Shown one piece after another: positions 1 to 10,326 of a stretch of 64,000 bases of DNA (the first letter of the stretch is position 1; every line of letters begins with the position of its first letter). A program made the position numbers and the translations under genes. The notes beneath the pieces are model-generated. The model did no database searches and was not told the DNA's origin. It worked only from the letters and a program-made list of their open reading frames with translations. The DNA is from Porphyridium purpureum (taxonomy: Eukaryota), in NCBI GenBank assembly GCA_008690995.1, contig VRMN01000011.1, positions 372,001-436,000 of the forward strand. Direction: 5' to 3'.

Positions 1-1517
1 TTGTAAGGATTCAGAATGGCGTTGGGGTCGAACACTTGCTTGAGCTGGCGCATCAGAGCGAGCTCCGGCGCTGTCCGAGAGTAGAGAATGCCGTGGTTCT
101 TCATCTGGCCCAAGCCGTGCTCGGCGGAAATGGACCCGCGATGCTTGCTCACCCACTCGTACACCCACGGCTCGAGCAGCTCGGACAGGCCCTTGCTGGG
201 CGCGCTCAGGTTCAGGTGCAGATTCCCGTCACCAATGTGGCCCCAGCCCACACAGTGCACTCCTTCTTGACCACGCACGCGACTGCGCGTGTCTTCGACA
301 AGTGCGTAAAACGCATCCATGGGGAGCGACACATCGTACTTGAACGTGGCGTTGCCCGACTTTTGCACCGCTTCTGGAAGCGACTCGCGCAGCGCCCACA
401 TCTTGTGCTTCTGGTCGTCATTCTGAGACATCACGCCGTTCACTGCGAGACCGGCCTCAAACGCCTCAGTCACAAACCTGTCCATCAGTTGCTCCACCAC
501 AAAGTTCTCGGCGCTCTCTGCCTCCACAAGCACATAGAACGGATGCTGCTCGCCAGGCATAGGGTCCTCAACATGATGCAGATGTTTCAGCGCAAGCTGA
601 ACAGCTGCTCCATCCATGAACTCGATCGCAGACAGCGTCTCTCCGAGCCGGGTGCGAGCCAACGGAAGCACCTTTTTGACGCTGTCAAACGACTCACACG
701 CAAAGAGAGCAACCTGACTTGCATGCGGCCGCTTGACGCATGCTATCGAAAGCTGCGTGATGATGCCGAGCGTGCCTTCCGAACCTATGAACAGCGATTT
801 GAGGTCGTAGCCTGTATTGTCCTTCTTCAAAACTTTGAGCGAGTCGATGACTGTACCGTCGCCGGTCACGACTTCCATGCCAAGCACCGAATTGCGCAGC
901 GAGCCGTACTTGACAAAGCGACTTCCGCCAGCGTGTGTCGCCACATTTCCGCCAATCTGGCAGGAGCCCTTTGCACCGAGGTCGAGCGGCACACGGTAGC
1001 CACGCTCCCCGACAAATGTATCCAGCGTTTCAAGGACGACACCGGCTTGCGTTACAGCGACGCCGCTGATGTCATCAAAGCTCTCAATCTTATCCATTTT
1101 GCCCAGCGACAGAATAATTTCATCGAATAACGGTACCGAGCCGCCGACAAGGCCCGTATTGCCGCCTTGCGGAACCAGCGCCAGCCTGTGCTCATTGCAG
1201 TACGCGACGACAGCGCTCACTTGCTCGGTCGAGCGTGGCCGCAGCACGAGTTTGGACTGACCATGAAACTTATTCATCCAACAGGAGTTATATGCCTTGA
1301 GGTGCTCCTCGTCTGTGATCACATTCGCGGAGCCGCCCACCAATTGTTCAAGCGCTCCCGCATGCGCGTCAGTCAGAGCGCCGTACCGCGCGTCTCGTTT
1401 CGGCTCCACCTTTCGCACATTCGGCGTCACAGACATCCATCGGCGCCAGGCACCCGCCTTTGGCCCCGTGGACAGGGTCAGACACCTCATCCCCAACCAG
1501 CCTGCCGCCTTCCCCAT
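1..1517 (-). CDS. D2HGDH: D-2-hydroxyglutarate dehydrogenase, mitochondrial (FAD-linked oxidase); stop codon lies just outside the window
   Basis: Absent from the ORF track because it runs off the window edge. I translated both ends of the minus strand by hand and they share one frame: MGKAAGWLGMR..., LVLRPRSTEQVSAVVAYCNEHRLALVPQGGNTGLVGGSVPLFDEIILSL, and C-terminal ALMRQLKQVFDPNAILNPYK. Confidence 0.9.
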   Translation of the reverse strand, partial: MGKAAGWLGMRCLTLSTGPKAGAWRRWMSVTPNVRKVEPKRDARYGALTDAHAGALEQLVGGSANVITDEEHLKAYNSCWMNKFHGQSKLVLRPRSTEQVSAVVAYCNEHRLALVPQGGNTGLVGGSVPLFDEIILSLGKMDKIESFDDISGVAVTQAGVVLETLDTFVGERGYRVPLDLGAKGSCQIGGNVATHAGGSRFVKYGSLRNSVLGMEVVTGDGTVIDSLKVLKKDNTGYDLKSLFIGSEGTLGIITQLSIACVKRPHASQVALFACESFDSVKKVLPLARTRLGETLSAIEFMDGAAVQLALKHLHHVEDPMPGEQHPFYVLVEAESAENFVVEQLMDRFVTEAFEAGLAVNGVMSQNDDQKHKMWALRESLPEAVQKSGNATFKYDVSLPMDAFYALVEDTRSRVRGQEGVHCVGWGHIGDGNLHLNLSAPSKGLSELLEPWVYEWVSKHRGSISAEHGLGQMKNHGILYSRTAPELALMRQLKQVFDPNAILNPY

Positions 1518-1882
1518 CGTTCTTCCCCAACTTTATCGTCCGAGACGCGTGTTCTCGCACTCGCACCCGCCCCCAACCCGGCGACGCGCTCGCGACAAAC
1601 TTGCGCGGCCATGACCGCATTTAAAAAACGCGTGCAGCAACGTTAAACAAGTGGGAGCATGCAAGCACGACACTGTACACCCAAAGTACAGTCCCGGCAT
1701 TCCGGGAGGGGCGTAAAAAGACGGAGCGTTCGAAGTTGCGCATGACAGGGCTGGTTGATGGGATATCCGGCAGGGGACGTCTGGAGTGCGTGTGGGCGTG
1801 AGGGAGGAGCGAGGCGGCGTGGCTGTGTGTGGGGGAAGAACGGGTCGGAAGGAGGAGGAGGGACGTCACGCATAGTGTCGGA

Positions 1883-2746
1883 ATGGACGCGTTGCAGAAT
1901 GAGGCCGTGAAGAAGCGCGTCAAGCAGGTGAACGACTATGTGAAGCGCGTGAGGAAGGTGACCAAGCCGTACTTGCCGATGATCACTCGCGTGCTGATCA
2001 TCGCGACATTTGTGGAGGACGGAATTCGGGTTCTGTTGGATATCAAGCCGCAGGCTAACTTTTTGACGTATCAGTACAGCCTACCGTTTGCGCTGAGCGT
2101 CATGCTCATTGCTTCCACAACGTTGGTGTCGCTGGCCGCTTCGGCGGCGATTTGCAGTAGAAAGCCCAAGCTGGAGCTGTATGGCTGCTACGCTCAGCTC
2201 GGGTACGTCTTTTACCAGCAGGTGCTGTACGGGAGGCACTCGCCAATCGGATCTGGCAATTTTGGCTTCTTGATGAGGAATTTATGCCTGGCGGGAACAC
2301 TGCTCATGCTTATCGTACAGAATCGACTGAGCGAGGGCCACACCGCACTTCCGGGGATTCCTGATCCGGGAGACAAGAGCACAACCATGACGTACATTCA
2401 GTTAGGCGCTCGCGCTCTTCTCGTGCTCCTGTCACTCGAGTTTTTGTCGAATGCGGGCGCTTTTGCCACCCTGGTCACAATACCTGTTCTGCTCGCCGTG
2501 CTTCTCGGCTTCCAGACACAGATCAGTGGCACTGTGCTGCTCATCATGTACTTTTTGCACAATGTGTCGAACAGCGCGTTCTGGGCGATCAAGTCGGACT
2601 CACAAAGAAATTCTTTTGACCGCGAGGTTAAGCGTTACGAGTTTGTGCAGACATTGTCCATCATGGGCGGCCTGATGCTGCTCATTAGCACGGGACCAGG
2701 CCAGCTGAGCGTCGACTCAAAGATGGGAAGACAAAAGAATTTTTAA
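1883..2746 (+). CDS. SURF4: SURF4/Erv29 family ER cargo receptor
   Basis: KPYLPMITRVLIIATFVEDGIR, FLMRNLCLAGTLLML and YEFVQTLSIMGGLMLLISTGPGQLSVD motifs; multi-pass membrane protein. Confidence 0.9.
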   Translation: MDALQNEAVKKRVKQVNDYVKRVRKVTKPYLPMITRVLIIATFVEDGIRVLLDIKPQANFLTYQYSLPFALSVMLIASTTLVSLAASAAICSRKPKLELYGCYAQLGYVFYQQVLYGRHSPIGSGNFGFLMRNLCLAGTLLMLIVQNRLSEGHTALPGIPDPGDKSTTMTYIQLGARALLVLLSLEFLSNAGAFATLVTIPVLLAVLLGFQTQISGTVLLIMYFLHNVSNSAFWAIKSDSQRNSFDREVKRYEFVQTLSIMGGLMLLISTGPGQLSVDSKMGRQKNF

Positions 2747-2940
2747 GGCTACAGTCGATCACGATGATCCTTTGCCTGCGCTGTCCGTATCGTGTCGCTG
2801 AGGTGCCCCGATCGAGTGTGGACTCTTCGGCGTTTGGACAATAAAAACTCCCCCGTACGAACACACGTCAAGTAAAAGAATTGTCTTGTTTACGATCAGG
2901 TAATGCTTGGCTGCCAATTCTGAGGTCACGCTCAGGCTGT

Positions 2941-3570
2941 CTACTTGTCCGCCTTGTCTTCGTCCTCCTTCTCGAGAGCGCGCTTCTTGCGGATGCCCTC
3001 CCACCTGACATTCGCGCGTTCTTGTCGAATTTGAGCGTACGCCTTGAAGTCCTTCTCTTCTGCGGTGATCGCGCGCGACTCTGGTGCGTCCTTCGACCTG
3101 ACAATTGGCATAAGTTTGCCGGTAAACTGCGACGCCGTGGCGAGCTCTGCTGGCTCGCTGTCGCCGGTCTTTGGCTTGCCGGCGCGCTTGGGGAAAATGA
3201 TGAGCTTCGACTTGTACTCCTTCAGCCTCTGCACGTTTTGCTGGAAGCCCTCTACAGATCGGTTCTTCCTGCGGTGATCCACAGAAATGCCAATCGTCTT
3301 GGCCATCTTGCGGGCCACGCCGGCCTCCTTGAGCTCCTCGAGCGTGAAGCCACGGCCCAGGCGCTCCTTCTGGTTGTACTTGACGGTCGGGCAGCGCACC
3401 ACGGGCCGCACCATACCATCCACGGGACGCGGCGCGATGCGCGCGGCCTTTGTCTGGCGCGTGGTGCGTCTGCGCTTCTTGCGCATCGGCTGGTTGAACC
3501 AGGTCTTCACCCGCAACTGCCATTCCTTCTTGAAATGGTTGTTGGGGATCATGTTGTTATGCTTCGTCAT
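2941..3570 (-). CDS. RPL13: 60S ribosomal protein L13 (eL13)
   Basis: [31 protein letters not shown] and [13 protein letters not shown]. Confidence 0.98.
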   Translation of the reverse strand: MTKHNNMIPNNHFKKEWQLRVKTWFNQPMRKKRRRTTRQTKAARIAPRPVDGMVRPVVRCPTVKYNQKERLGRGFTLEELKEAGVARKMAKTIGISVDHRRKNRSVEGFQQNVQRLKEYKSKLIIFPKRAGKPKTGDSEPAELATASQFTGKLMPIVRSKDAPESRAITAEEKDFKAYAQIRQERANVRWEGIRKKRALEKEDEDKADK

Positions 3571-4238
3571 CTTGCCGCCCTACACCCCGCTCTTCCCGCG
3601 CGCCGCGCTCTCTCCCAGCCCCTCTCTTCCCTCCCCACCTTCCCGCGCTCGTTGCCGTGCCCACCGCTCCCCACCTTATGCCATCGCCCTCTACCCCTTC
3701 GCCCGAAACCCTCTGGCTGCATTCGTCTGTATCAAAACAGCCCAATTTCCTTCAGCGCGCGCGTCTCACACACGCACCAAGTCGCCGGCGTCGGCAGCCG
3801 AGTGTCATCTGCGAAACCGCGACGTCATCAATCCGCCGAAGCCGTGTCATCATCTAAAATCGAGGCGCGCGGCTGGTGCGGAACCCTAGAATAACTTGAG
3901 CAGCGGGTTAGCTCGAGGGTTTTCGCTATGATGTGGAGAAGCAGCGCCAGTGCGGGAACAGATGGAGACACAAGAGCTGCGAGCCAACAGCGCAGAGAGA
4001 TGATGAGAGAGAGATTCCGAGATTACGTACGTTGCGTAGTAAAGTGGGAGTGTTTGAGTAGGAACGGCCGGATTTGGTACAGGGGAAGAGCTCAGCGCAG
4101 GCTGTGGCGATGTGGCAGCGAAGAGGGTCGGGGTCGGGGTCGGGGTCGGAGCGGGGGAGAACGGTGCGCGGGGAGGGAGGAGTACGAGAAGTGAGAAGGC
4201 AGAGTTTGAGGCGGACGCGTAGATAGACGGTAGGCAAG

Positions 4239-4694
4239 ATGGCGTTTGTGAGCGGGCATGCGGTAGGAGGGAGGAGCCGTGCGGTCGGCCCTGCGGTCAG
4301 CGTCGCGCCGAAGACCGCGATCGCGCGTGCTGCGCGCAGCGGCTCGAGGCGGGCGCACTTGAACATGATGGTCACGGAAATTGAGTCCAAGGCTGGGTTT
4401 GACGCGGCGTTGTCGAGCGCCGGTGATGCCCTGGTTGTGATCGACTACTCGACCACATGGTGCGGCCCGTGCAAGCTCGTGGCGCCCAAATTTGAGGAAA
4501 TGAGCGATGCGTACAAGAACGTCGTGTTCCTCAAGGTGACGGGCGACAAAAACGCGGAGACTAACCAACTGATGCAGTCGAACGGGATCCGGTCGGTGCC
4601 CACTTTCCACTATTACAAGGCCGGTGAGAAGGTCTACGAGGTGACAGGCGCAAAAGTCGCCGACATCGAAGCTGGCATTAAAAGCCATATGTGA
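4239..4694 (+). CDS. Plastid thioredoxin (f-type-like)
   Basis: WCGPC active site; Ala/Ser/Arg-rich MAF- transit-peptide-like N-terminus. Confidence 0.9.
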   Translation: MAFVSGHAVGGRSRAVGPAVSVAPKTAIARAARSGSRRAHLNMMVTEIESKAGFDAALSSAGDALVVIDYSTTWCGPCKLVAPKFEEMSDAYKNVVFLKVTGDKNAETNQLMQSNGIRSVPTFHYYKAGEKVYEVTGAKVADIEAGIKSHM

Positions 4695-5114
4695 AGAAGA
4701 GCCGTTGTTCGCATAGGGTGTGTTTCCCTCGCATCCCAAGAGGTCCCATGTTTATATTCTTCTGCACGCGGGCGCAAGTGGGGCTGCATTTCGCTTGGGT
4801 CTTGTGGGATCGCGAGCACACACAGGCCCGAATGCCTCGCCATGGTTTATACTTTGGGGGTCAACAGAGGATTGCGGCACTGATAGCTTGGATGAAGCCA
4901 GCGCCAGTGTCCTTTATGAGCTTATCGGTAAACAGACCCACCGACCATTAGTAAATGAGCTCAATTTTGTAAAGAGTCACCGAAACAGTGCGAGAGGTGA
5001 TCCTTGCCAACGGGCGCGTCTGCTGCTCTGATACGGAGAGCACGCTCAAGAAATTAAGGAAAAAGAAAATTACTACGCGGTCCAGGCTGTCCTGCCCAAG
5101 TCTCGCACAGTCAA

Positions 5115-5926
5115 TCACGCCAGCGAAATCTGGCACAGTTGACTGATGGTACCAAGAGAATCACAAGCGCAAAAGTCGTCGTACGAAACCATTCCGTCCT
5201 TATCCATATCAGCATCGCGAATGATCAGCTGGCTGATCTCTTCGAGTTCTCCTTGTGTCAAGTTGCTCCCACACAGCATGAGCAAAATCTCGATAAGATC
5301 GGTGCTACTAACGAAACCATCCTGGTCAATGTCAAAGAAGCGAAACACAAAGTCGCGCTTTGCCTCCTCGCTGGCAGATTCAGAAAAGACACTCAGCAGT
5401 TTCACAAACTCGCGAAAGTTGACGGATTCGAAGATCTGGACTATCCGCGGAAAAAGCGGATTCATTGCGAGCTCAGGAATCATTGTGAGTTCATCGGCCT
5501 GTGGCCATTCCGCACGAACAAAGAAAACAAATCCGCATGTCACGAGGAAAAGCAAGGACGAGCAAAGCAACATCAAGGTCGTAGTGGTCAGTATCGCACT
5601 CAAAACAAAATACCCACCCGAAAATGCAACAAAAACACTGCCTTGTTCCGAGAGGAATCCATCGGCTGGGAAAGAGGTCACGAGCCCCCGCAGTCACTGC
5701 ACAAATCACGTCCAGCTCGGACAAGTACCGAGTCTGAGCCGACAGACGCCCCAGACAAGCAACGAGCTCGAGGGACAAACCAACGTACCTCCAGCGAGCC
5801 CGACTGGTTGCGGTCGAGTTTCTGAAAGCGCTTGTAGAGGCGCTTGATTTCTCTCGGCGAGAGATTGCTTTCGCGCGCCATCTCCTCGATGTCTTCCGAC
5901 ACCAGGGACGACGTATTGGCGCCCAT
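5115..5926 (-). CDS. Calcineurin B-like / CHP EF-hand protein; two exons (5789-5926 and 5115-5498)
   Basis: Exon 1 MGANTSS...EIKRLYKRFQKLDRNQSGSLE joins exon 2 ADELTMIPELAMNPLFPRI...DIDQDGFVS...DMDKDGMVS across a phase-0 GT...AG intron; MG myristoylation start. Confidence 0.88.
5499..5788 (-). other. Spliceosomal intron (290 nt)
   Basis: Donor GAG|GTACGT, acceptor CAG|GCC; removing it gives a continuous calcineurin-B-like protein. Confidence 0.8.
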
Positions 5927-6316
5927 CTTCTCCGCGTCGCGCTTCGTCTCTGCTCCCTCTCCAGGCCTACCGCTCGGCCCCACCCACCTCTGGCTGTTTG
6001 TGCACCCACACGCTCCGGAAACCAGCCATTCCATTGGAATGCGGAATGTTTCGGTTTCCCGTTGCGCCCCGAACGGTTTAATGACTCGTGATTGAGGTTG
6101 TTCGCGGGTGAGCCACAAATTCCGCGCTGGGGCAAAGTGGGACAGCGGGAGTGACCCAATCTCAGAGACACAATAACGTGAGCCAAAGAGAGAGGCAGAT
6201 GGAGTGGCAGACAGAGGCGCAGAGCCTGGCACAGAGACGAGCACGTTATGTGTAGAATTGCAGACACATGGGGCACAGAGAGGCGCCTACACACAGAGAC
6301 ACAGAGTGTGGACTAG

Positions 6317-7276
6317 ATGGCGACACCAGAACGCGCGTCATCGTCCATGGGGGGCAGGGCACGTTGGGAGCTGGAGGGAGGCGGTACGCTAGGCGCTACC
6401 GTACGAGCTCGACTGGCACGAGGAGTGGCAGTGCAGTGTGAGTCCGGCGCGATTGTTACGTGTTCTGAGAATGTGCAGCTGAAAGGTACGATTGGTTCTT
6501 CGTGGATTCAGGCGGCCCTGCGGTCGGCATTTGCACAGGAGAGCTTTTTCTTGTGCGAGTGTCGGGCAAACGACGACTTGGATGCCGATGTGCTTTTCGC
6601 GCCGGCGTCGTTCGGCGATGTAGTGTTGCACAGGCTCGGAGAGACTGATGCCCTGTACTTCATCAAGGGTGCGTTCCTGGCGGCAGATCTTGACGTGCAG
6701 GTTACTGCGGAACTGCAGCCCAATCTCGCCAATTCGATGTTGTCCGGAACGGGATGGGTTATTCTGCGTGCGTCCACCGTGCGACACGCGTCGATGCCCG
6801 GGGCAGCACACATTGCGATAAACGCGTCGGGGCGCATTTTGAGGATGTCGCTGGGCCCACGAGAGTGTCGTGTCGTAGACAACGGCCATATTCTTGCATG
6901 GACCGGAAGTGTGAGGTACGAAATCCGCCTCGCGACGCCAAATTCCCTGGTCCACTCGTTCACGAGTGGCGAAAAGCTAGTGTGTCGATTCTACGGTCCT
7001 GGCACGCTTTACATCCAGACCCACAAGTCTTCTGAAGTACAATTAATCAGCTGTCGCTCATCGCGCGGCGATCGAATGGTCCAGACGCACCGTCATGCTA
7101 GCGGAGTCCTCGGCAGCGTTGCTAGTCTGGTCGGGCTCCTGATATTTGCCTTTTTCTTCGTCGGCGTTGTGTACTCCATATTTTGGCAGTGGACCAGCGC
7201 GTTTCGAACCATAAGTGCGCCAGGTTGGGACCAATGGGAACGTGCACACTGGAGCGGACGTCGCGCGCACCGTTAG
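6317..7276 (+). CDS. AIM24 (TRAP-like) family protein with a C-terminal TM helix
   Basis: VAVQCESGAIV, QESFF, FAPASFGDV, KGAFLA, VVDNGHILAW and SGEKLVCRFYGPGTLYIQT motifs. Confidence 0.85.
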   Translation: MATPERASSSMGGRARWELEGGGTLGATVRARLARGVAVQCESGAIVTCSENVQLKGTIGSSWIQAALRSAFAQESFFLCECRANDDLDADVLFAPASFGDVVLHRLGETDALYFIKGAFLAADLDVQVTAELQPNLANSMLSGTGWVILRASTVRHASMPGAAHIAINASGRILRMSLGPRECRVVDNGHILAWTGSVRYEIRLATPNSLVHSFTSGEKLVCRFYGPGTLYIQTHKSSEVQLISCRSSRGDRMVQTHRHASGVLGSVASLVGLLIFAFFFVGVVYSIFWQWTSAFRTISAPGWDQWERAHWSGRRAHR

Positions 7277-7463
7277 CGACGCCAAGAAACCACGTCAAAA
7301 ATACACATGCAGACACATGCACACAGAAACCCACAGGAAAGGGCGAAATGCCGTCAGCTCGCAGTAAAAGGGAAATTGAAAAATCTGGTTCGGCGCCCGA
7401 GCCGGTCAGAACAAGGAAGTCAACTGACCTTGGACATCGCTGAGACTCTTTGAAGGCTGGGCC

Positions 7464-8606
7464 ATGCTGATTGGTTGGGTAGCTGCTGGCAAAGTGAGTC
7501 GATTGCGCGTCAGCAGAGAATCCGTCCGGACGGCGCAGTACTTGTGCTGGCGGCGACTCCGCACAGGCCAAATACGGCCTACACCTTGTCTGCAAGTGCG
7601 CCGTCGTTGTCGGTATCTGGGGACGAGTGCGGATCGTCGCCCGAAACTTCTGGGGCAAGCCGAAGGGGAAGGCAATATGTCCTCGAATATCCCGATGTCC
7701 GAGTACACGTACATTGACCCGGCGTCGATGCGGCCTGGAAGAAAGGAAATGTTTCCGTCTTTGTTTTCGTCTCCTGCCGAAGTGCGCTTAACCGTCGTAG
7801 TACCAGCCTACAACGAAGAGGCGCGACTTCCAGCCATGATGGATGAGGCACTGGCTTTCCTGGAAAAGTGGGGTGAGGAGGACAATTCGTTCACGTACGA
7901 GATCATTGTCGCGAACGATGGCAGTCGAGATAAAACCGCGCTTGTGGCGCTTGAGTATACGAAGCGCTTCTCGGCTCAGAAGGTGCGCGTACTATCACTT
8001 GCCCAGAACGCCGGCAAGGGTGTGGCCGTTAAAAAGGGAATCATGGCGGCTCGCGGCGCGGTAATTTTATTTTGCGACGCAGATGGCGCGACACGCTTCG
8101 CGGATCTTTCTATTCTGTACCGCCAGCTCGAACTAATCGCGCGTGATCAGCAAGCCGACTCTCTAGAAAATGCACACGCTTGCGTGATTGGCTCGCGCTA
8201 CCACTTGAAATCTTCTGCCGAGCGCTCACTTGTGCGCGAGTTTGTCAGCCGGGTTTTCAATCTGTACGTTCAGTACGTCGGAGGCGTTCGCGGGGTTCGA
8301 GACACGCAGTGCGGCTTCAAGTTATTCACACGGCGCAGTGCGCAGCTAATTTTTCCGTGCATGCATTTGGACCGATGGGCATTCGATGTAGAGGCGCTTT
8401 ATATTGCTCAAGCACATTGCGTTGCCATTTCCGAAGTACCCGTGCAGTGGATGGAGATTCCCGGTAGCAAGCTTAGCGTGGTCAAAGCGTCACTGAATAT
8501 GGCACGTGATATGGCTCTCATGCGCTGGAATTATCTGACTGGTGTGTGGTCCGCCGGTGTTCCAGATCTCGCCCACGTCGGCACGCAAAGTAATAAATTC
8601 CCCTAA
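7464..8606 (+). CDS. ALG5: Dolichyl-phosphate beta-glucosyltransferase (GT2); start uncertain (7464 or 7677)
   Basis: LTVVVPAYNEEARLP, NDGSRDKT, NAGKGVAV, DADGAT, RDTQCGFKLF, RWAFDVE and WMEIPGSKL. Confidence 0.92.
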   Translation: MLIGWVAAGKVSRLRVSRESVRTAQYLCWRRLRTGQIRPTPCLQVRRRCRYLGTSADRRPKLLGQAEGEGNMSSNIPMSEYTYIDPASMRPGRKEMFPSLFSSPAEVRLTVVVPAYNEEARLPAMMDEALAFLEKWGEEDNSFTYEIIVANDGSRDKTALVALEYTKRFSAQKVRVLSLAQNAGKGVAVKKGIMAARGAVILFCDADGATRFADLSILYRQLELIARDQQADSLENAHACVIGSRYHLKSSAERSLVREFVSRVFNLYVQYVGGVRGVRDTQCGFKLFTRRSAQLIFPCMHLDRWAFDVEALYIAQAHCVAISEVPVQWMEIPGSKLSVVKASLNMARDMALMRWNYLTGVWSAGVPDLAHVGTQSNKFP

Positions 8607-8668
8607 GGGATACGCACGCGCCTTGTAATCTGCGTTGGGAGCAGCAAAGAGGAATTGATCGATGAGTC

Positions 8669-9631
8669 ATGCTCGTCCCAAAGATGCATCGCCTTGGGCG
8701 CGTAGTTGTGCGCGCTCGCGTACTGCGCGCGCCTGCAGAGAGCAGAATGATTGGGACTGCTGCCGCGGGCGTGGCCGCGTCGCATGGCGGACTGCACGCG
8801 CGCCGTGGAAACGAGCATAGTGCGTGGGGCCGCTGCACGTCCTATTTCGCGGCTTCGGCTGTGGCTGCGGCGTCTGGATGGTTGCTGTCGAGGAGCCTGG
8901 AATTGAGTTCGCATCCCGCGCAATGCCACGACGAACAGGTGGAAGCAGAAATCCCTGAGGTATCGCCAGACCTCTTGGCTAACAAGAAGGCGTACAGGGT
9001 GGAGAATGGAACGGACATTGAATACCCTTATGTGCGAGATGACGATGGCACGTCGGTTTTGTTGGGTGCCGGTTGGCGCACGATGACACCGATGAAGGTG
9101 CGTGTGTACACGATTGGCGTGTACGCCGATCGAGACGCCATGGAGAAGGACGAAGTTCTGAAAGAGTACCTTGGCGCAAAATCGACCGAGGAATTTATGA
9201 GCGGAGACTGCGATGCATTCTGGGCGCGGTTTCTGGATCCGTCGTGCGATGTGGAAGTCTCCATCCGCATGATTGTGTTCCGACCTGTGGACGGGAAACA
9301 TATGCAGAACGGCTTTGACCGCGCCCTGATCCCGCGCGTCCGTGACGCCGCGAAGAATCGTGACATGCCGAATGGAAAGGCTGGGCTGAAAAAACTGAAT
9401 GGATGCTTCCTCAAAAAGAAGCTTATGAAAGAAGGGACGCAAATCGAATTCGTGCGCCATCCCGGTGGCAAGCTGAGCGTGTTCATCGACGGGCTTGTGT
9501 ACGCTGAAATTGAGAACCGGGCTCTGGTGTGGGCCCTCATGGATATGTTTCTTGGCGCGCAAGCGGTTGCCCCCGAAGTTAAGCTGCACGTTTGCGAAAC
9601 GCTGAGTGCCCAATTACCGCAAACCAGTTAG
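8669..9631 (+). CDS. Chalcone-isomerase-fold protein (AIM18/AIM46/FAP-like), probably organellar
   Basis: LLGAGWRTMTPMKVRVYTIGVY and ALMDMFLGAQAVAPEVK; Arg-rich targeting leader. Confidence 0.8.
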   Translation: MLVPKMHRLGRVVVRARVLRAPAESRMIGTAAAGVAASHGGLHARRGNEHSAWGRCTSYFAASAVAAASGWLLSRSLELSSHPAQCHDEQVEAEIPEVSPDLLANKKAYRVENGTDIEYPYVRDDDGTSVLLGAGWRTMTPMKVRVYTIGVYADRDAMEKDEVLKEYLGAKSTEEFMSGDCDAFWARFLDPSCDVEVSIRMIVFRPVDGKHMQNGFDRALIPRVRDAAKNRDMPNGKAGLKKLNGCFLKKKLMKEGTQIEFVRHPGGKLSVFIDGLVYAEIENRALVWALMDMFLGAQAVAPEVKLHVCETLSAQLPQTS

Positions 9632-9748
9632 TCACCTCTTCTGAGTCCTCAACACTAAATACTGTCGCGCGGCTTCACATCAGCTTCGTTTGGTCGCAAC
9701 CATGGATCACCCACAAAGCCAAGGGGAAACGAGTGGCCTGGAGCGGGG

Positions 9749-10292
9749 ATGGAGAGAACGCAGTCTTTCGAGCATGGCGGTGGCGGCGGAGCGCCGGGAG
9801 CTGGAGGATCAGTCGGCGCTGGGCCCGAGGGCGGGTTGTCTGATCTGCTCGCGGCGCTGGCAAGCGATGAGAGTTTGTGCACTTTTGTGAGTAAAAGCTT
9901 TGACGTCAACGCGCATGTGCAGAATGCGCACAGGAATAGCGAGGTTGCCGCTGCACTGAGCGCAGCGGAGCGCGCGGCGCAGCTCATCACCAAGCAAGTG
10001 CGTGAGGAAGTGATCCGGCGGCAGGACGCGCTTCTCGGTGAGGTAGAGAGCGTGTCGCAGCTCGAAGCACAGATTACGGCGGTCAACGATGGTGTGGGTG
10101 CGGTATCAGCTGCCAGCGATACACTGGTGAAAGCGCTCGCTGATCCGTACAAGCCAATGGAAAGGGCGATGTGTCGCTTGCGCAACATGCATTCCGTCGC
10201 GCAGTTGCTTAGAGACGTGCATCGTTTCAAAGTGTGCACAAAGCGTCTTTATGCGGCTGGGCTATTGCATGGTCCTCAGCAGTAGCAGCAGT

Positions 10293-10326
<34 letters not shown>

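Noticed and set aside
36..1130. 364-aa plus-strand ORF
   Set aside because: Antisense shadow of the minus-strand D2HGDH gene; no recognisable motifs.
2759..3894. Long ORFs overlapping RPL13 (254, 337 and 200 aa)
   Set aside because: Alternative-frame or antisense products of GC-rich codon bias in a highly expressed gene.
10283..10294. Genome-wide UAG=Gln reassignment as the explanation for the COG5 stops
   Set aside because: RPL13, the SDR, MCMBP and the ARF-like gene all end at TAG at the expected C-terminal position.
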